DNA of 64,000 bases from Eledone cirrhosa (lineage: Eukaryota): NCBI GenBank assembly GCA_964016885.1, contig OZ024743.1:28334001-28398000 (forward strand), written 5' to 3'. Positions 1 through 13,944 of this stretch are shown here, piece by piece. The first letter of the stretch is position 1. Each line of letters opens with the position of its first letter. A program made the position numbers and the translations under genes. The notes beneath the pieces were generated by a model, which was not told where the DNA came from, made no database searches, and saw only the letters and a list, made by a program, of their open reading frames with translations.

Positions 1-310
1 AGCACTATACATATTTCGATGGCCCAGCTCTATCATCCGATTATGATACAAGAGTAGGCGATTTAATCCACTGTTATTTGGAGAATTATGTAACAGGATT
101 ACATTAGAATATTTCTACACTACATAGACCTCATCATTACAAAAACTACTTCATCTGTAGCTTAGAAAATAAATGTGGCATACTATATTAAATTCAAACT
201 TTGTGGCTTAATATAAATAGGTAAAACTAACCATAGATCGGACGATCATACTCTGGAGCATTCATTGAACGTCAGAAGCATTAAAACCAGACACTAAGAA
301 CTGTAATACC

Positions 311-470
311 TCTCTCATATCTGCATCTCAATGTCTTTCTGGTTAGACAGATCTCAGTTTCTGTACCACTGATCTCAATTTCTGTACCACTCATCACACA
401 TCTGATCTCAGCTTCTGTACCACTGATTCCAACCATCATACGTCTCTCATATCTGCATCTCAATGTCTTT
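311..470. repeat. Local minisatellite
   Basis: gatctca.tt/cttctgtaccact three times (350-424), and tctcatatctgcatctcaatgtcttt twice. Confidence 0.8.
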
Positions 471-1364
471 GTGGTTACACAATATGCCATCATTTTACAC
501 AGCTTTCCAGTTTGGCATGAGTAACTTCTCGAAATGTCAATTTTTCTTTCTTCAATTTTCCTCACTGCATAGTTACCTTTACTTTGGGCTCCTGTTCATT
601 GAAGTTGTCGTTTTTATTTTGTTTTGTTTTGTTTTTCCAAGATTTTGCTCGTGTCTTAACTCGGATATTCGGATATAGTTGAAGACACTTGCTTAAGGTG
701 TCATGAGTGGGATTGAATCTGTAATCATATAGATTCGAAGTGAATTTCTTAAACCATGACATACAGAAATCATTAAACCTATTTGTCTATTTATATTCCT
801 ATCAATCTAGCTATCCTTCCCCCTCTTCTTCTATTTATATATGTAGCTTACCAGATGGATGGATAATTATATGTTGGACAGATTGATGGATAGATTATCT
901 TAATGTTATTTTGCACATCACGTGTACATTGTAATTATCTGAGCACGAAATATTCACGCTAATCTGATCACTGCACACCTCCATCAAATTGATCATTCTA
1001 AACTTAGAATATATTTTATATTTTTTGCCTGGAGGACAAGAATTGGATCGATTTGAAAGACACGACGTCATTTAATCTGCGCATAAAATCTTTTAATTCT
1101 TTAAGAATGGATCAATTTATGTCACCGATTACATGATATCTATCCAGTAGGGATTTTAGTGTATGTGTAGGCGGGTAATTATTTTTCTAAGGATAACTAT
1201 CATGTACATTTCAGGGAAGTGAACGTTGAAGTTACATAGATGTAGAGACGGGCATGTGACATGATTTCAAAAATATACCGGACATTAGTGAACTTAGAAA
1301 ACTACTTTAATCTGTTATAATTCACTCACGCATACGATAATTTACACGAATACACCAATCTTAG

Positions 1365-1500
1365 TACTTGACAGGCACTTCACTTTATCGACCCCGGAAG
1401 AATGAAACTCACAGTTAAGCTTCTTAATATTTGAACTTAGAAAGAAAATAACAGTAAATACTGAAGCCATTTTATCTGACACTTTAACGACACTGCCAAT
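1365..1500 (-). mobile_element. Old S1-related SINE; similar degenerate copies at 41088-41207 (-) and 25128-25255 (+)
   Basis: tttatcgaccccggaagaatgaaa...tttgaactt...ctgccaat. Confidence 0.6.
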
Positions 1501-4500
1501 ATCGACATATAGTCGAAGGGATTAATCACTTATTTCCGGCTACATGTTGAGAAACATCTTGTAATACATGTTGAGCAACCAATTCAAACGATCACATTTC
1601 CAGTGATCGCTCTCTCTCTCTTTTTTCTAAGCACAAGACCCTGTTAATTATAATCTTTAACATGCAACAAATTACGTCTAGTATTTGTTTGGTATACGTT
1701 GGGTTATGAAGATTATATGGTGTTAGAAGCCATTTGGTTAAAATTATTTGACCAAAAACTATATAGTAACGATAGTCATTTGCTTGAACTAAATTCAAGA
1801 CCCGTAAACATGTCATATTATATTTGAACTTGACAAAAAGATGCACGTATTTGATTAACATCGATGGAAATCGATGTGTTTATATTTAAAGCAAAATATT
1901 TACTACGGTTATAAAAGTTGATCTGAGGTAAAAACCACGTTAGTGCGAACAAGTGGTTAGTCATGGGAAAACCAAAGCATAATGATCACATAAATATTGA
2001 CTAGCAGATATCTGAGTATCAGGTGTCTGGTGATCGAATTTAAATAAAATAGTGTTTATTTTTTTATTTTTTTTATTATTAATATTTGTTCAGGTGATAG
2101 GCGCAGTAACAATGAGTTTTGTAGCTCCTACAAAATTAGTGATATTTGTACAATAGACAGTAGGATAGGCAGAAGTTTGGAAACATTGTATACATGAGAT
2201 ATAATTTGTAGTAAATGAATTCTTTTCAGCCTGCCAGATAGCTTTGTTTCAGATTAAGTGCGGTATTCTTCTTACGACACTCTTAAATTTTGTAGAAAAC
2301 CAGCACTTGATCAGAGCAGAAGTATTTTCTGGTTCTGACGAAACGCGGTTTTAGTTATGCTACGAATCACAGATCACCAGTAGAGAACAACTGAGATTGC
2401 AAGTCATAGCATTCTTAGAAGCTTTACGGTTTAAGGTGTAATTGTGTATTTGAGAAGGCTAGAATGTGTATATTGATAGAATGTGTATATGATTTCTTCT
2501 TTAACTACACATAATGTAAGAAAAAAAAAGACAAAAACATATGTTAAAATGAAAGTATCAAATGTTTATAAATTAAAGGAAAAATGAGTGTTATGTATAA
2601 AATGCTATAGAGTTTGGAGAGACGATTGTGGACTATATTCAATTTTAATGTAAATAAAAAAGAGCACTTTTAAAAAACAATATAAAAAACAATCGAAACT
2701 TATCATAGCTATCCTTATTGTAAGTGAATATAATATATTTGAAAACAATAGAAAAAAAAACTACTTGCAAACATTTTATACAAGAAAGATCTAGCTAAAT
2801 TCAAAATCAGTATATATATATTCAGTAAAACACATTATATAAAGTCTAGAAAGATATATATAATAAAAGTATAAAATCATTCATATAAGTAGTAATATGA
2901 TATTTAGAATAATTGATATAATATTATAATTTGAATTGCGACATTTCAATGTTGATATTGCCAACAGAGAAATATATTCTTGAGCTGAATCGGGAAGAGA
3001 GATTGAATCAGTGATTGAAAGATTATTTGAAATATACGGGGAGTAAGAGATTTTGATTAATTACTAATAATATTACTTACCATATCTCTGAAAATACGCA
3101 ATACTTTAGAAAGGGGCCTTAGCTAATACATCTTTGACCTTTGAATCACAGGTTTATGTTCATAGTTATAATGAAATATATATAAATCTACAAGTTTGTA
3201 TTTTTTAGAAGGGAAATGCTTAATACCATGTGAAAATTAGATGTGCATATAAATCTATGTGAGCGCATTTCTGTTGAAACAAAAATGAATTATTATATTT
3301 TCAGTCTTTTTAATAATATTCAAAAGATGTTATAACATTTGTAGAAAACGACGCATTAGGTATGTCCTGTATGTTTTTGTAAAAGTTGAAAGCATGCAGC
3401 ACCATGAATATCATACATTAAATAATTCCTCTGCAAAACTATTTCAAACATTTAGACTCACCAATTAAAAGAAAAATACTCTATCGTTAAGAAAGCTAAA
3501 TTACAGCGGTAAAACTCCTAAACTTCAAAAAGAATAACAAAATTAAATGTGAGCGCATTAAGCAAGGACAATGAAAATGTTATAATGGATTAATCAGAGA
3601 GAGATTATGTTTTAAATGCCGAAACACCTATACAGAGTATAGGTTTATTTTCAAATAACTGCTATGGTCGAAAGCTCAGAGAATGGGTATTTGATGCTGC
3701 CATTCTGAGTTGATTTGCACAATTATCATCCCTTTGTTATTGAAACTGTTCGTATCAGATGGTGCTAGATAATGGTGATGCAATTTTACATGTGTGGTTC
3801 TTCAAACGTGGATATTTTTAGATATCTTCATAGAATTCACAAACTTCCCAAACAGACAATACATTAGATTTGGACATCAAAGTCCTCTCATTAAAGAATT
3901 AACTCAAGTTGCAAGGTATTATGAACTTCATCTGGCTTCACATCAAAAGGTGTTTCGCACATTTATAGTTCGATGAAATTGTATTATCTCGAAATCGCTT
4001 TTCAAATTGGTTCAAAAGATTCTAAACCCTTATAACATACGCCACCATCAATTCTGGTTTCTGTTCTTTCAATGCAGGAATGTTTTCCATGGAATATGTT
4101 TACAATTACGTTAAAAACACTTAAAACATATTTCAAAGTTCCTGATATTTTCTAGAATAGGGTAGTTGATATATAATTTTATATATCATTTTAAACTCGG
4201 ATAACTTACGCGACTAATTATATCGAATCAACATGCGAAATCACAAAACACAATTTGGTATCCCTACTTCTATAATAAGAATACTTAGCATCCATAAAGG
4301 CTTTCATGTCATCTTTTAGAACATAAAACCGTTTAAGTAAGCCAATTTTGTTTAACTAACGAGTATCACAATGGTAACATAAATCACCATTACATCGAGG
4401 TGCTTCAAAATTCATTTGAATACTCAATTGTCCAATCCTTTGTATTTTGTGAAGAAGTTAACACATTATATCACTACTTCTATCACCTTGTTTAATCTGA

Positions 4501-5393
4501 AGGTATGTTTGAATAACATATAATAACTCAGATATACAGATACACCAATTTCTTCTTGGAATTCTAAACTGGAATCTTCACTACTATGATTTTTGAAAGG
4601 TAAATCGTAACTATTTATCGTTGATTTGTTTTCTAAAAATGATATTCATCTAATTTCGTGATGCAAATGGGTACGATTAATATTGTAATAAAGATTCCTT
4701 TTAAAATGCTATCTTATCAAAACAGAGAATCCTTTGTCGTCCAAGATAAGATCTTTGGTAAATTCTAACTATTTTGTTCCGAATATGACATAGAAGCATT
4801 TTCATTATATTTCTATAAAAATATAATTAATTGTATATTTTTCTCAGAGAAAAGAATTATTGGCTGCAAAATAATATTCATTGCAGGTGGGATTATTTTA
4901 TGCACTTAATTCGCTAAACATTAATTTGCTTAATAAAGGTATCACTATCGCAGCATCAATTCATACGTGTTCCCGTTTCTGATTAATGTCATAACACAAG
5001 CATTATGTCCACAAAAGATGTTGCTATACAGATTGTTTAACGCAATGGATATTAAATGTGTTAGTATATGTTAATAATTAAATATTAATATTTCAACAGG
5101 GTTTTCAAAGACTTTAATCTGAGTACAGTTTCAAATTTGAATAATGGTATAATATAATTTGTGCTCGAAATTTTCCTGCCACTTTTGGCTTACAAAGTAA
5201 CTATAGATTTCAGGTTTGTTGAGAAACTTTCTGAATGATATAAACCATGTTAATAATATATATTCCAATTACAGAGTCACATCTTTTGTGTTTACGATAA
5301 ATTTCTATTTACTTCTATTTGATATTCTGTCAGCAGATACGAAAATGGATGGCTATACATGTAGTTTTGTAACGTTATGTTTCGCGTATAGGT

Positions 5394-5518
5394 ATGTGTT
5401 AATTTACATGTGTTATATATGTCTCCCTTCCTATCATTTCCTACTATATATTACATGTGTGTGTGTCTTTAGGCGCACACACAAACACACGCACACACAC
5501 ATATAACACATATAATAC

Positions 5519-5570
<52 letters not shown>

Positions 5571-5735
5571 GTATTATATATATATATGTGTGTGTGTGCG
5601 TTTGTGTATGTATGCGTGTGTGTGTGTGCGTGTGTTTGTGTGTGCGTGTGTTTGTGTGTGCGCCTAAAGACACACACACATGTAATATATAGTATGAAAT
5701 GATAGGAAGGGAGACATATATAACACATGTAAATT

Positions 5736-5742
<7 letters not shown>
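5394..5742. repeat. Inverted repeat with ~110-bp arms around a TA/TG microsatellite spacer
   Basis: tgttaatttacatgtgttatatatgtctcccttcctatc...gcgcacac is mirrored at ~5630-5742. Confidence 0.9.
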
Positions 5743-5776
<34 letters not shown>

Positions 5777-5963
5777 GAGAGGGACTAAACTTTCGTATCA
5801 CGAAATCAAAGTCACTGTGCAACGTATTCAGTTGACATAAGATTTCGTTTTTTTTTTAAGTTGAAGATATTTCTCTATCGAAATAAACGTATTCTCATAT
5901 ATGCATATATAAAGACACACAGACATATATACAAATATACAATACATATGCATGCATTCATAT

Positions 5964-6383
5964 AAGAATAAGGCGAAGAAGACTCTAACATCCCACAAAC
6001 CGACCCAATCAATCCAATAGAGGGCATATCTTTTGTTTGGCACATTTGCTGCAGGCAGTGAAAATCTAATGCTGGACTTAAAAGCCACCTAAGGGGCCAT
6101 GGATGGACGCTTGGAATTGGTGATGGTTGATGGGGGAAAATAGGGAGACGGTAATCATCTGAAAAGATGAAGCAATCACCATGTATGTATTTATGTATGT
6201 ATGTATTATGTATGTTCTGGTTTTATAATTTCACAAATTTTTTCCCAGTAGAGAGAGAGTCGGTTTCTAACATAGACACAAGACTCTTTCATTGGAATTT
6301 ACACAACATCAACTAGGTAGATATATATGCATGTCTGCATGCATGTGTAGATATGGATGTTATTGTATGTGTGGATGTGTATG
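5964..6383 (+). repeat. 420-bp direct duplicate of 8211-8630
   Basis: Appears identical by eye from aagaataaggcg to gtggatgtgtatg. Confidence 0.95.
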
Positions 6384-6499
6384 CATACACATACATGTAT
6401 GTGCATGTGTGTAATGAAGTATGTATGTATGCATGCATGTATGTATGTAAGTATGCATGTATCTATCTATGTATATATATATGTATGTATATATGTATG

Positions 6500-6612
6500 T
6501 AGTTAGGTAGGTAGGTAGTTAGGTAGGTAGGTAGGTAGGTAGGTAGGTAGGTAGGTAGGTAGGTAGGTAGGTAGGTAGGTAGGTAGGTAGGTAGGTAGAT
6601 ATGTAGGTAGGT
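6500..6612. repeat. (TAGG)n microsatellite
   Basis: Read directly. Confidence 0.95.
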
Positions 6613-6949
6613 AGTTATGTATTTGTGCAAGATGTATGTTTGCAATGGCGAAAAGAAATGTTTTCATTAGACGAGGTCGTGAGAGAAAAGTCAGATATTT
6701 TAGATATAATGAAAATGTAATAGATCATTATTAGATGAAGTGCATAAAAACAAAATACACAACAAATTTATCTCAAACTGCCCATTAAATTCTGCCTTTG
6801 CTTCATTTCTTCATTAGGTCTCTTATTATCGGACATACGTGATGTGTGGACCGCGTATAGCAATGAGCTGACACATAAATAATTGACGCAGAATTAGAGT
6901 AGCAAAAAAGATATATTCTCAAACTTTTGTATATACCTAAACAAAATAT

Positions 6950-8219
6950 ACAATCTGTGACAAATTTCCCAACTTTGATATAAAAAGAAAATCATGATGA
7001 TAAATATATACAGTAGTCTTTGTTGTAACAAAAGAAAATACCTACATCATTAGATCTACAGAAACATAAATAACAAATTACACACAAACATGGAAATGAA
7101 AAATACAAAAATATAAAAAATAAAGGAACAACTTCACAATCTTAAATGAAATAGAATAGAAATCAGCACCTAGAAAAGGGAAAATAGAAACAGTGATGAA
7201 ATATGATATAACAAAAAGGGAAAACACTGAAACTAATGAATTCCTAAAACAAGAAATACATGCAAAAGCACAAATAATCCGGAAATCTGAAAATAGTCAA
7301 CAGCTTTCTGAATAAAACAAAAACTTCACTCTGACACCAACGATTCTACCAATCTTCGTAGAAGGAAAATAGAGTCGAAAGGTTTAATGAGATGATGGTG
7401 AAGTGAGAAAAGCTACCCTGATCCCCAAGAATTATGACACTGCGAATCCTCAATGCTACGACCCTTGGCATGCCTTTCTACAACCTAGAATATGTTAACT
7501 GCCATAATATCGCAAAAACTGACCAAGCACTTGGAATCAAACACCCTGTTTCCAGAAGAGCAGAAAGGATTCTGCTATGGCTCGTATGGCTGTAAAGACC
7601 AATTACTACTGAAGAGAGCCAGAACAGTAAACTGCCAATAAAAGAAGAAAACATGAAATCTTAGCATGGATTGTTTACTAGCAGGCTTTTGACAATGTTC
7701 CCCATATATGGATATTGAACCATTAATCATGAATAAAATAGCACCAGCAATAAAAACATTCATCAAACATGCCATGAGTAAGTGGCAAACAGTTATGACG
7801 ATCCAAACGGAAGATGGCTTTAGAAATCTGAGCCCATTCCAATTTACAGAGGAATATTTCAATGCCTAGCATTTACACCATTATCTGAGATACTAAACAC
7901 GAATGGAGATGGTTATAAATGCTACAGCAAGAAAATTAACCATCTCTTGAATATGGACGATCTGAAGCTGTACAACGTGAAGTAATGCTGCAGACAATAC
8001 ACGTATTCACGAAAGAAAGAGTGGAAAAATTCGTAAAGATAAATCTAAAGGGAGGAAAACAATTAAAAAGCCTTAAAACTTCGCTAAATCGAACATAGTC
8101 GTGCATAGGAACCAATGAACTACAGGCGGTTAAACATACACGGATAAAGATAAATCAGAAACGAATACTATGAACGGATAGGATTACTACTTAAGACAGA
8201 ACTAAATGCAAAGAATAAG
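6950..8219 (+). mobile_element. Highly degenerate R4/Dong-like RT relic
   Basis: Hand translation gives FPEEQKG..GCKDQLL (~7549), AFDNVPH (~7686), IPIYRGIFQ (~7836), INHLLNMDDLKLY (~7935) and KTELNAKNK (~8193). 5' limit uncertain. Confidence 0.7.
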
Positions 8220-8430
8220 GCGAAGAAGACTCTAACATCCCACAAACCGACCCAATCAATCCAATAGAGGGCATATCTTTTGTTTGGCACATTTGCTGCA
8301 GGCAGTGAAAATCTAATGCTGGACTTAAAAGCCACCTAAGGGGCCATGGATGGACGCTTGGAATTGGTGATGGTTGATGGGGGAAAATAGGGAGACGGTA
8401 ATCATCTGAAAAGATGAAGCAATCACCATG
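8220..8430 (+). mobile_element. RTE-clade LINE 3' end with C2H2-like terminus and (TATG)n tail; duplicated at 5973-6183
   Basis: cacatttgctgcagg...gctggacttaaaagccacctaaggggccat reads HIC..NAGLKSHLRGH, followed by a short UTR and TATG repeats. Confidence 0.6.
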
Positions 8431-8461
8431 TATGTATTTATGTATGTATGTATTATGTATG

Positions 8462-9013
8462 TTCTGGTTTTATAATTTCACAAATTTTTTCCCAGTAGAG
8501 AGAGAGTCGGTTTCTAACATAGACACAAGACTCTTTCATTGGAATTTACACAACATCAACTAGGTAGATATATATGCATGTCTGCATGCATGTGTAGATA
8601 TGGATGTTATTGTATGTGTGGATGTGTATGTTTTGAGTTGTATGTGTGCTTTGTATCTGTACATGTGTATATGCAGTTATTAGATGCAAAGTTTTGGGAA
8701 TGTTTTACATATTTTTACTGTTCCATTAATGGATTGTACTTGTAATTTCCTAACTAGTTGTGTTCTTTCTGTTCCTGTGAAGATAAGTCTTCTCAAGATT
8801 AGTATTGAGGCAGTTACTAACATATTCCAGTGCCCCAATAATCACAGGCATAAATCTGAAGATCTAATGAGGGTGGAGTATCTGCAGATTTCTCATCAGT
8901 TCTGCATAAATATTCTCCTTTTCGCCAATCTTTGGTATTATATTGGCATCTGCTGGGCAGCTAATTTCCACTACTGTACATGCTTTCTTCTCCCTGTCCC
9001 ATATCATAATACC
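8462..9013 (-). mobile_element. 3' end of a restriction-like-endonuclease (R4/Dong-type) LINE including its 3'UTR
   Basis: Minus-strand translation VMIWDREKKACTVVEISCPADANIIPKIGEKENIYAEL...PVIIGAL; (TATG)n on both sides. Confidence 0.75.
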
Positions 9014-9039
9014 TGTATGTATGTATGTATGTATGTTTA

Positions 9040-9240
9040 TGTCGGGTCACTCCTGAGTGCTACTGGTAACATGTAACCAAGTACAACCTGTCGCATTATC
9101 GGATCGTCGGCGACTAAACTGGCAACCTCACCAAATTTACTTGGTGAGGAGGGTGATTTTGGACACCCTGCAGGACATAAAACAAAACCTGACAAAAGGG
9201 AGGAAGAACTCCTGAGTCAACGGTTATCCAAAAATGTGTA
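9040..9240 (+). mobile_element. Probable RTE-type 5'UTR fragment
   Basis: Higher-GC block between TATG tracts, with a perfect hairpin CCTCACCAA-atttac-TTGGTGAGG (9126-9149). Confidence 0.35.
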
Positions 9241-9289
9241 AATATGTATATATGTGTATATATGTGTATATGCATGTGCATTTATATTC

Positions 9290-9640
9290 GCGGGGACATA
9301 GAAATAATCGGGCTGGATACCCGATCGCGCTGTTAAACCACTGGAAGTGAAGGACCCCTAGCCTTGGTCAGAGCAATCTTCGAGGAGAAGGCAACTCAGG
9401 AAGCTGGGATAACTCCGACATAAAACCTGCGGCTCAGTAGTTACCGATGATGTTGATCTTTTCTTCTTTTCGGGTTATAGCTACTGCCGCTCAGAGAGTG
9501 GGATTGACTCAGTGCACAGTCTTTCCTCACTTTAAAAGAATCTTCACGCACAGGCATTGAACGATAGCATTAATTAATAATTATTAATAATGGTATATCG
9601 TGAAATGGCCATACTCGATAACGAGGGGGCAGTCATTATG
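9290..9640 (+). mobile_element. Short non-autonomous, probably RTE-derived repeat ending in a (TATG) tail
   Basis: Second copy at 34322-34674 (minus); contains ggagaaggcaactc..aaacctgcgg, resembling RTE 5'UTRs. Confidence 0.65.
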
Positions 9641-9646
9641 TATGTA

Positions 9647-9795
<149 letters not shown>

Positions 9796-10048
9796 AGATA
9801 GATAAATATACACGGGTGTGTATGATTGTGTATAGAAGATTATATTAATAAGAGGAATTCCAACTTTGTCTGACTTACTCGTTTTATTTACAATCCTTTA
9901 AAATTTATAATGGTATTATAATGAAATAGTATGATAGAATATTAAATGTTAAGTGTTAATTGAACAAGTACTTTCATGCTTTCGCAATCTTCAGGTTCAT
10001 AATGTTTGGTGACAGTCAAGTTTGCAATTTTCAGCATATATATATATA

Positions 10049-10105
<57 letters not shown>

Positions 10106-10451
10106 GGGGGAGTGAATATTAGTATGAAACTAAATAGGCATTCATTTCTGTTGAAAGTGTTGAAAATGTTTCACCACCTAGTCCATTATTAAAAAGAAAA
10201 CCCCTTAAGCAAAATGTACTTTTGCAATATAGTATTCTGGTGAAATTATAGATTTCCTTTTAATATCGTGGCTATATATAATAATTCACATTTCTTTTCT
10301 GAAATACTGTGCTTGCAGTGGTCAATACTATGACGAATCAAATGTGTATTTGCGTCTAAGCGCAACACCGCAGACGCAGTTGATAAACATTTATAAGAAT
10401 TCTAAAATTGAGAAGGAAATGATTGAGAACACACACGCACGCACGCACACG

Positions 10452-10537
<86 letters not shown>

Positions 10538-10559
10538 GATATATATATATATATATCTA

Positions 10560-10592
<33 letters not shown>

Positions 10593-10912
10593 TTACATAT
10601 ATATGAATATTTCTTGAGGTATTAGTACCTAGGTGAAGATATAGTCTACTTAGCTAATGTTAGCTGATTCAGGATAATGGCAACACTACAAGCCGTTAAT
10701 TATACCGCAAAGATGGCTGAGAAAGTAGTGCCTGGTGATCGGTTTTTGCAAAATGGAACAGACGTTCGATCTCGCAACCAATATAGTAAATTCTGTTCTG
10801 AAGCTTCTGTTGATATATAAACAGAATTTTAATCCAACTGTAACTGTGGTGAAAGAATTATCGATAACAACTTGGTGTAACAACATATGGATAAATGTTA
10901 TATGGGATAGAT

Positions 10913-10970
10913 GTATAAATATCAAATCTAAATATTCTAGACGTATAAATATCAAATCTAAATATTCTAG
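10913..10970. repeat. 30-bp tandem duplication
   Basis: gtataaatatcaaatctaaatattctaga twice. Confidence 0.9.
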
Positions 10971-12546
10971 AAGGTTTAGAATCAGTTGATAAATAAGTAA
11001 TGATTTGATATATATCAAAATAACTTATTCTAAAGCTTCAATATAAGTCATAGAAATATACGTAAGAATAAAGAATATGAGAACCAAGTGTAGAAAAATC
11101 AAAATGAAGAATCACTTACATCAGTTGAATGTGTCAGTCGATTCCAAAGAAGAATTAAGTAAATATTGTGAAGCAAATATTAATATTAATGTATACGAAA
11201 ATGACACCAAAATAATTACTTACTTATTAATTATAACTTAACTTATCTGCAAATGCACAATTCTCTATCCCTTCCAAAGCTTAAATATAATTTTGCACTG
11301 CAATTTTCTGATCTGTCGTTCATATATAATTCTGATATATTTTAACTCTTTTATACACAAATTCACATGCCCATGTAATTTACTATCTGCATCATCATAT
11401 CTATAATCTATATAAGCAGATATGTATCTACCCTTCTGTATATCGTACCTAAAATGCATGTGCATGCAAGGGCATAATTATTGATATACGTAAATGCACG
11501 TAACTGTGTATCTCAATATATTTTCAGGTAATAATATAAACCGTTATGCTTTCAACAACTCATCTGGATTGTGATCTCAGCGACTGGATGGAGATATGTT
11601 GTCTTATAGAAAAACGTTTATAATATAATTAATGTTTTTCTCATATAAATGTGTTTAAACATTTTGTGACCTACCTTTAACTTTGTCGCGTTATTTTTGA
11701 GTTATCATTTTTACACAATTTGAAGTTTGTATTCGCCTGAGAATTTAAGATAGCTATATGGTAGTGGAATGTACCATTTACTTCACTTTTTGATTTATCT
11801 ACACAGTAAAATAATTGGAATTATTTCAGAACTTTGGTCTATAACACATATCAGCCATGTCACGATGTTATGGTCTAGATTTGATATGTAAGATAAAACA
11901 CACCGATGGAAAATACACATAGAATATTAGTAAAAACAAACCTACAAAAAATATTTTAGAAATATAGTAAAACTCCCCTGTCAATTAATATTTGTATCTT
12001 TCATGTATAAATGTAAATATACTTCATTTTATCGATGTCGCTACCATTCTATCTATGAACACATGAATATAAATTTCTATACACACTTTTATGTAAAGTA
12101 CTGTTATCATTTAATGTTTAAATGTCTATGGTGATTTCTTAATACGATTACTATGTTCGTTTTACGTACCAACCTCGAATACTCTACACTAATATGTTTC
12201 GACTAATGACCATGCCAGAAAAAAACAAAAGCATTTGAATTTTTTAAGAATGCATGCTAGCTTAATGTAAACTGATTCAATGCAGGTTTTTTGTCTATGA
12301 AACATATTCGAAGAAGTTGAGCAGGTATTTCCTTAGAGGCGGAAAATTAGATAGTATCACATGTGGAAATTAAAGGGCTTAGCTACCATAGCGCACCCGT
12401 CCAGGATACGGCAGATGTAAGCTCGATTCCTAAGGTGTTAGTGTCCTCTTCTTCCGTCTATAGGGGCTTACGTGTTCAACTTGTTAGACTAACTTTTATT
12501 GTCAAAACCCTATTTAAAAAAAATTAAATTTCTTTTTTGTGTGTGA

Positions 12547-12760
12547 AGGCATGTGGCTGATTAGTTAGAGAACTGGATTCGCAATCGTGCGGTTGTCAGT
12601 TCGATTCTTGGACCGGGCGATGATTTATGTCCTTGAGCAAGACGATTTATTTCACGTTGCTCCTTCTATCTGGAGTTGGGACCGATAGATAGTATTAGCA
12701 ATTGGAAAGACCAACGGAAACATTGTTTGCTCGGTTCGATTTGACGAAAGTCGATCGACA
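12547..12760 (+). mobile_element. tRNA-derived SINE family S2 (Meta-domain-like core)
   Basis: B-box GTTCGATTC, core tgtccttgagcaagac; homologous to 50448-50662. Confidence 0.8.
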
Positions 12761-12944
12761 AACCCTATTTAGAGCAGTAAATATTAAAGCCAAAACAGTT
12801 TCAAAATTATAATTTCTTGTTTTGATGGCTATTCGTTATGAAGTGCTTTATCCTAAATATCTACAGAATACCAATCACGTTAGAATTGAGAACTTTGTAA
12901 ACAAAAACTAGAAATGTATTTGTTCATTATGTACCCTTCCTCAT

Positions 12945-13240
12945 CGCTTTGTGGTTAAGGTATTCGGCTCACAACAGTAAGGCCAGGAGTTCGATTCATG
13001 GTGGCTCCTTATGTCCTTGAGCAAGACACTTTATTCCATGTTGCTCCAGTCCACTCAAAATGAGTTGTACCTGTAATTCGAAGGTCCAGCCTTGTCACGT
13101 TCGGTATCACGCTGAATCTCCCAGAGAACTAAGCTAGGGATAAGCGTTTCTGTGGAATGCTCAACCACTTGCACGTTAATTTGATGAGCATGCTGTTCCG
13201 TTGATCGGAACAATTAGAACACTCGTCATCGTAACCGATA
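12945..13240 (+). mobile_element. S2-related SINE with a different 3' body
   Basis: gtggttaagg...GAGTTCGATTC...tgtccttgagcaagacacttt. Confidence 0.75.
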
Positions 13241-13242
13241 TC

Positions 13243-13348
13243 CCACCGAGGTTAGCTTTGCCTTTCATCCTTACGGGGTCGATAAAATAAAGCAGCAGTA
13301 ATGAACTGGGGTAACTGCTGGCCTTGTACCAACATTAGAAACAATTAT
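13243..13348 (+). mobile_element. SINE S1, 3' part (abuts an S2 copy)
   Basis: Core and tail present. Confidence 0.8.
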
Positions 13349-13744
13349 TACACTTCCGAAATATGTGCTTGTTACTCGTGTAGAGCACTGCGTTTCTGTC
13401 ATTTGTATAGCATCAATTACCAATCATCTCATTTTGTTACTATAGTTGTTTTTGCTCTTCTGTACCAGCAAGATATATACAATTTCATCTCTCCTTCTCT
13501 CAGAACATATAATGTTATATTATAGTGTGAATTAAGGCAGAAGAGTATACTACATCTCAACGTGCCACAGTAAATAATTTAGTAAATATTTTTACTCTGA
13601 AACTAAAGTCTTATTGTACACACTTTAACTCTACATTCAACAATCTACACAATTATACGTCGAATTTGAGTTGCATTAATCTCACATGTTTGCAATGGTC
13701 TTGGGCCTTACACTTCCTTCCTCAAGAATCTGGATAGCACACTT

Positions 13745-13944
13745 ACGAGGACCGGCTGAAAAGTTCATAGGTTGACTATGAACAATTAACGCCAGAGCTG
13801 TGAAATATTGCATGCATAAATTAAACTCTTCATATTAATAACTGCATTGTTTCTTTCCAGATACTATGTTGAAAAATAAACCTCATTTGGTCAGTCCATG
13901 AGATTATCTTGGTCAGCCTATGAACGTTTCAGCCGACACTTATA
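13745..13944. mobile_element. Mariner-type MITE
   Basis: Imperfect ~30-bp TIRs: TA-cgaggaccggctgaaaagttcataggttgac ... gtcagcctatgaacgtttcagccgacactta-TA. Confidence 0.8.

Noticed and set aside
311-470. CRISPR-like spaced repeats
   Set aside because: Irregular or absent spacers, eukaryotic context and no cas genes; an ordinary minisatellite.
1-770. Possible R4/Dong-like relic on the minus strand
   Set aside because: Faint peptide resemblance only, with no RT catalytic motif.
3560-5050. Possible ancient Helitron Rep or other transposase relic on the minus strand
   Set aside because: Only scattered 3-5 residue resemblances among many stops; needs a translated HMM search.
9040-9360. HDV-like ribozyme in RTE-type 5' sequence
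   Set aside because: Only simple hairpins found; the nested double pseudoknot could not be assembled by eye.
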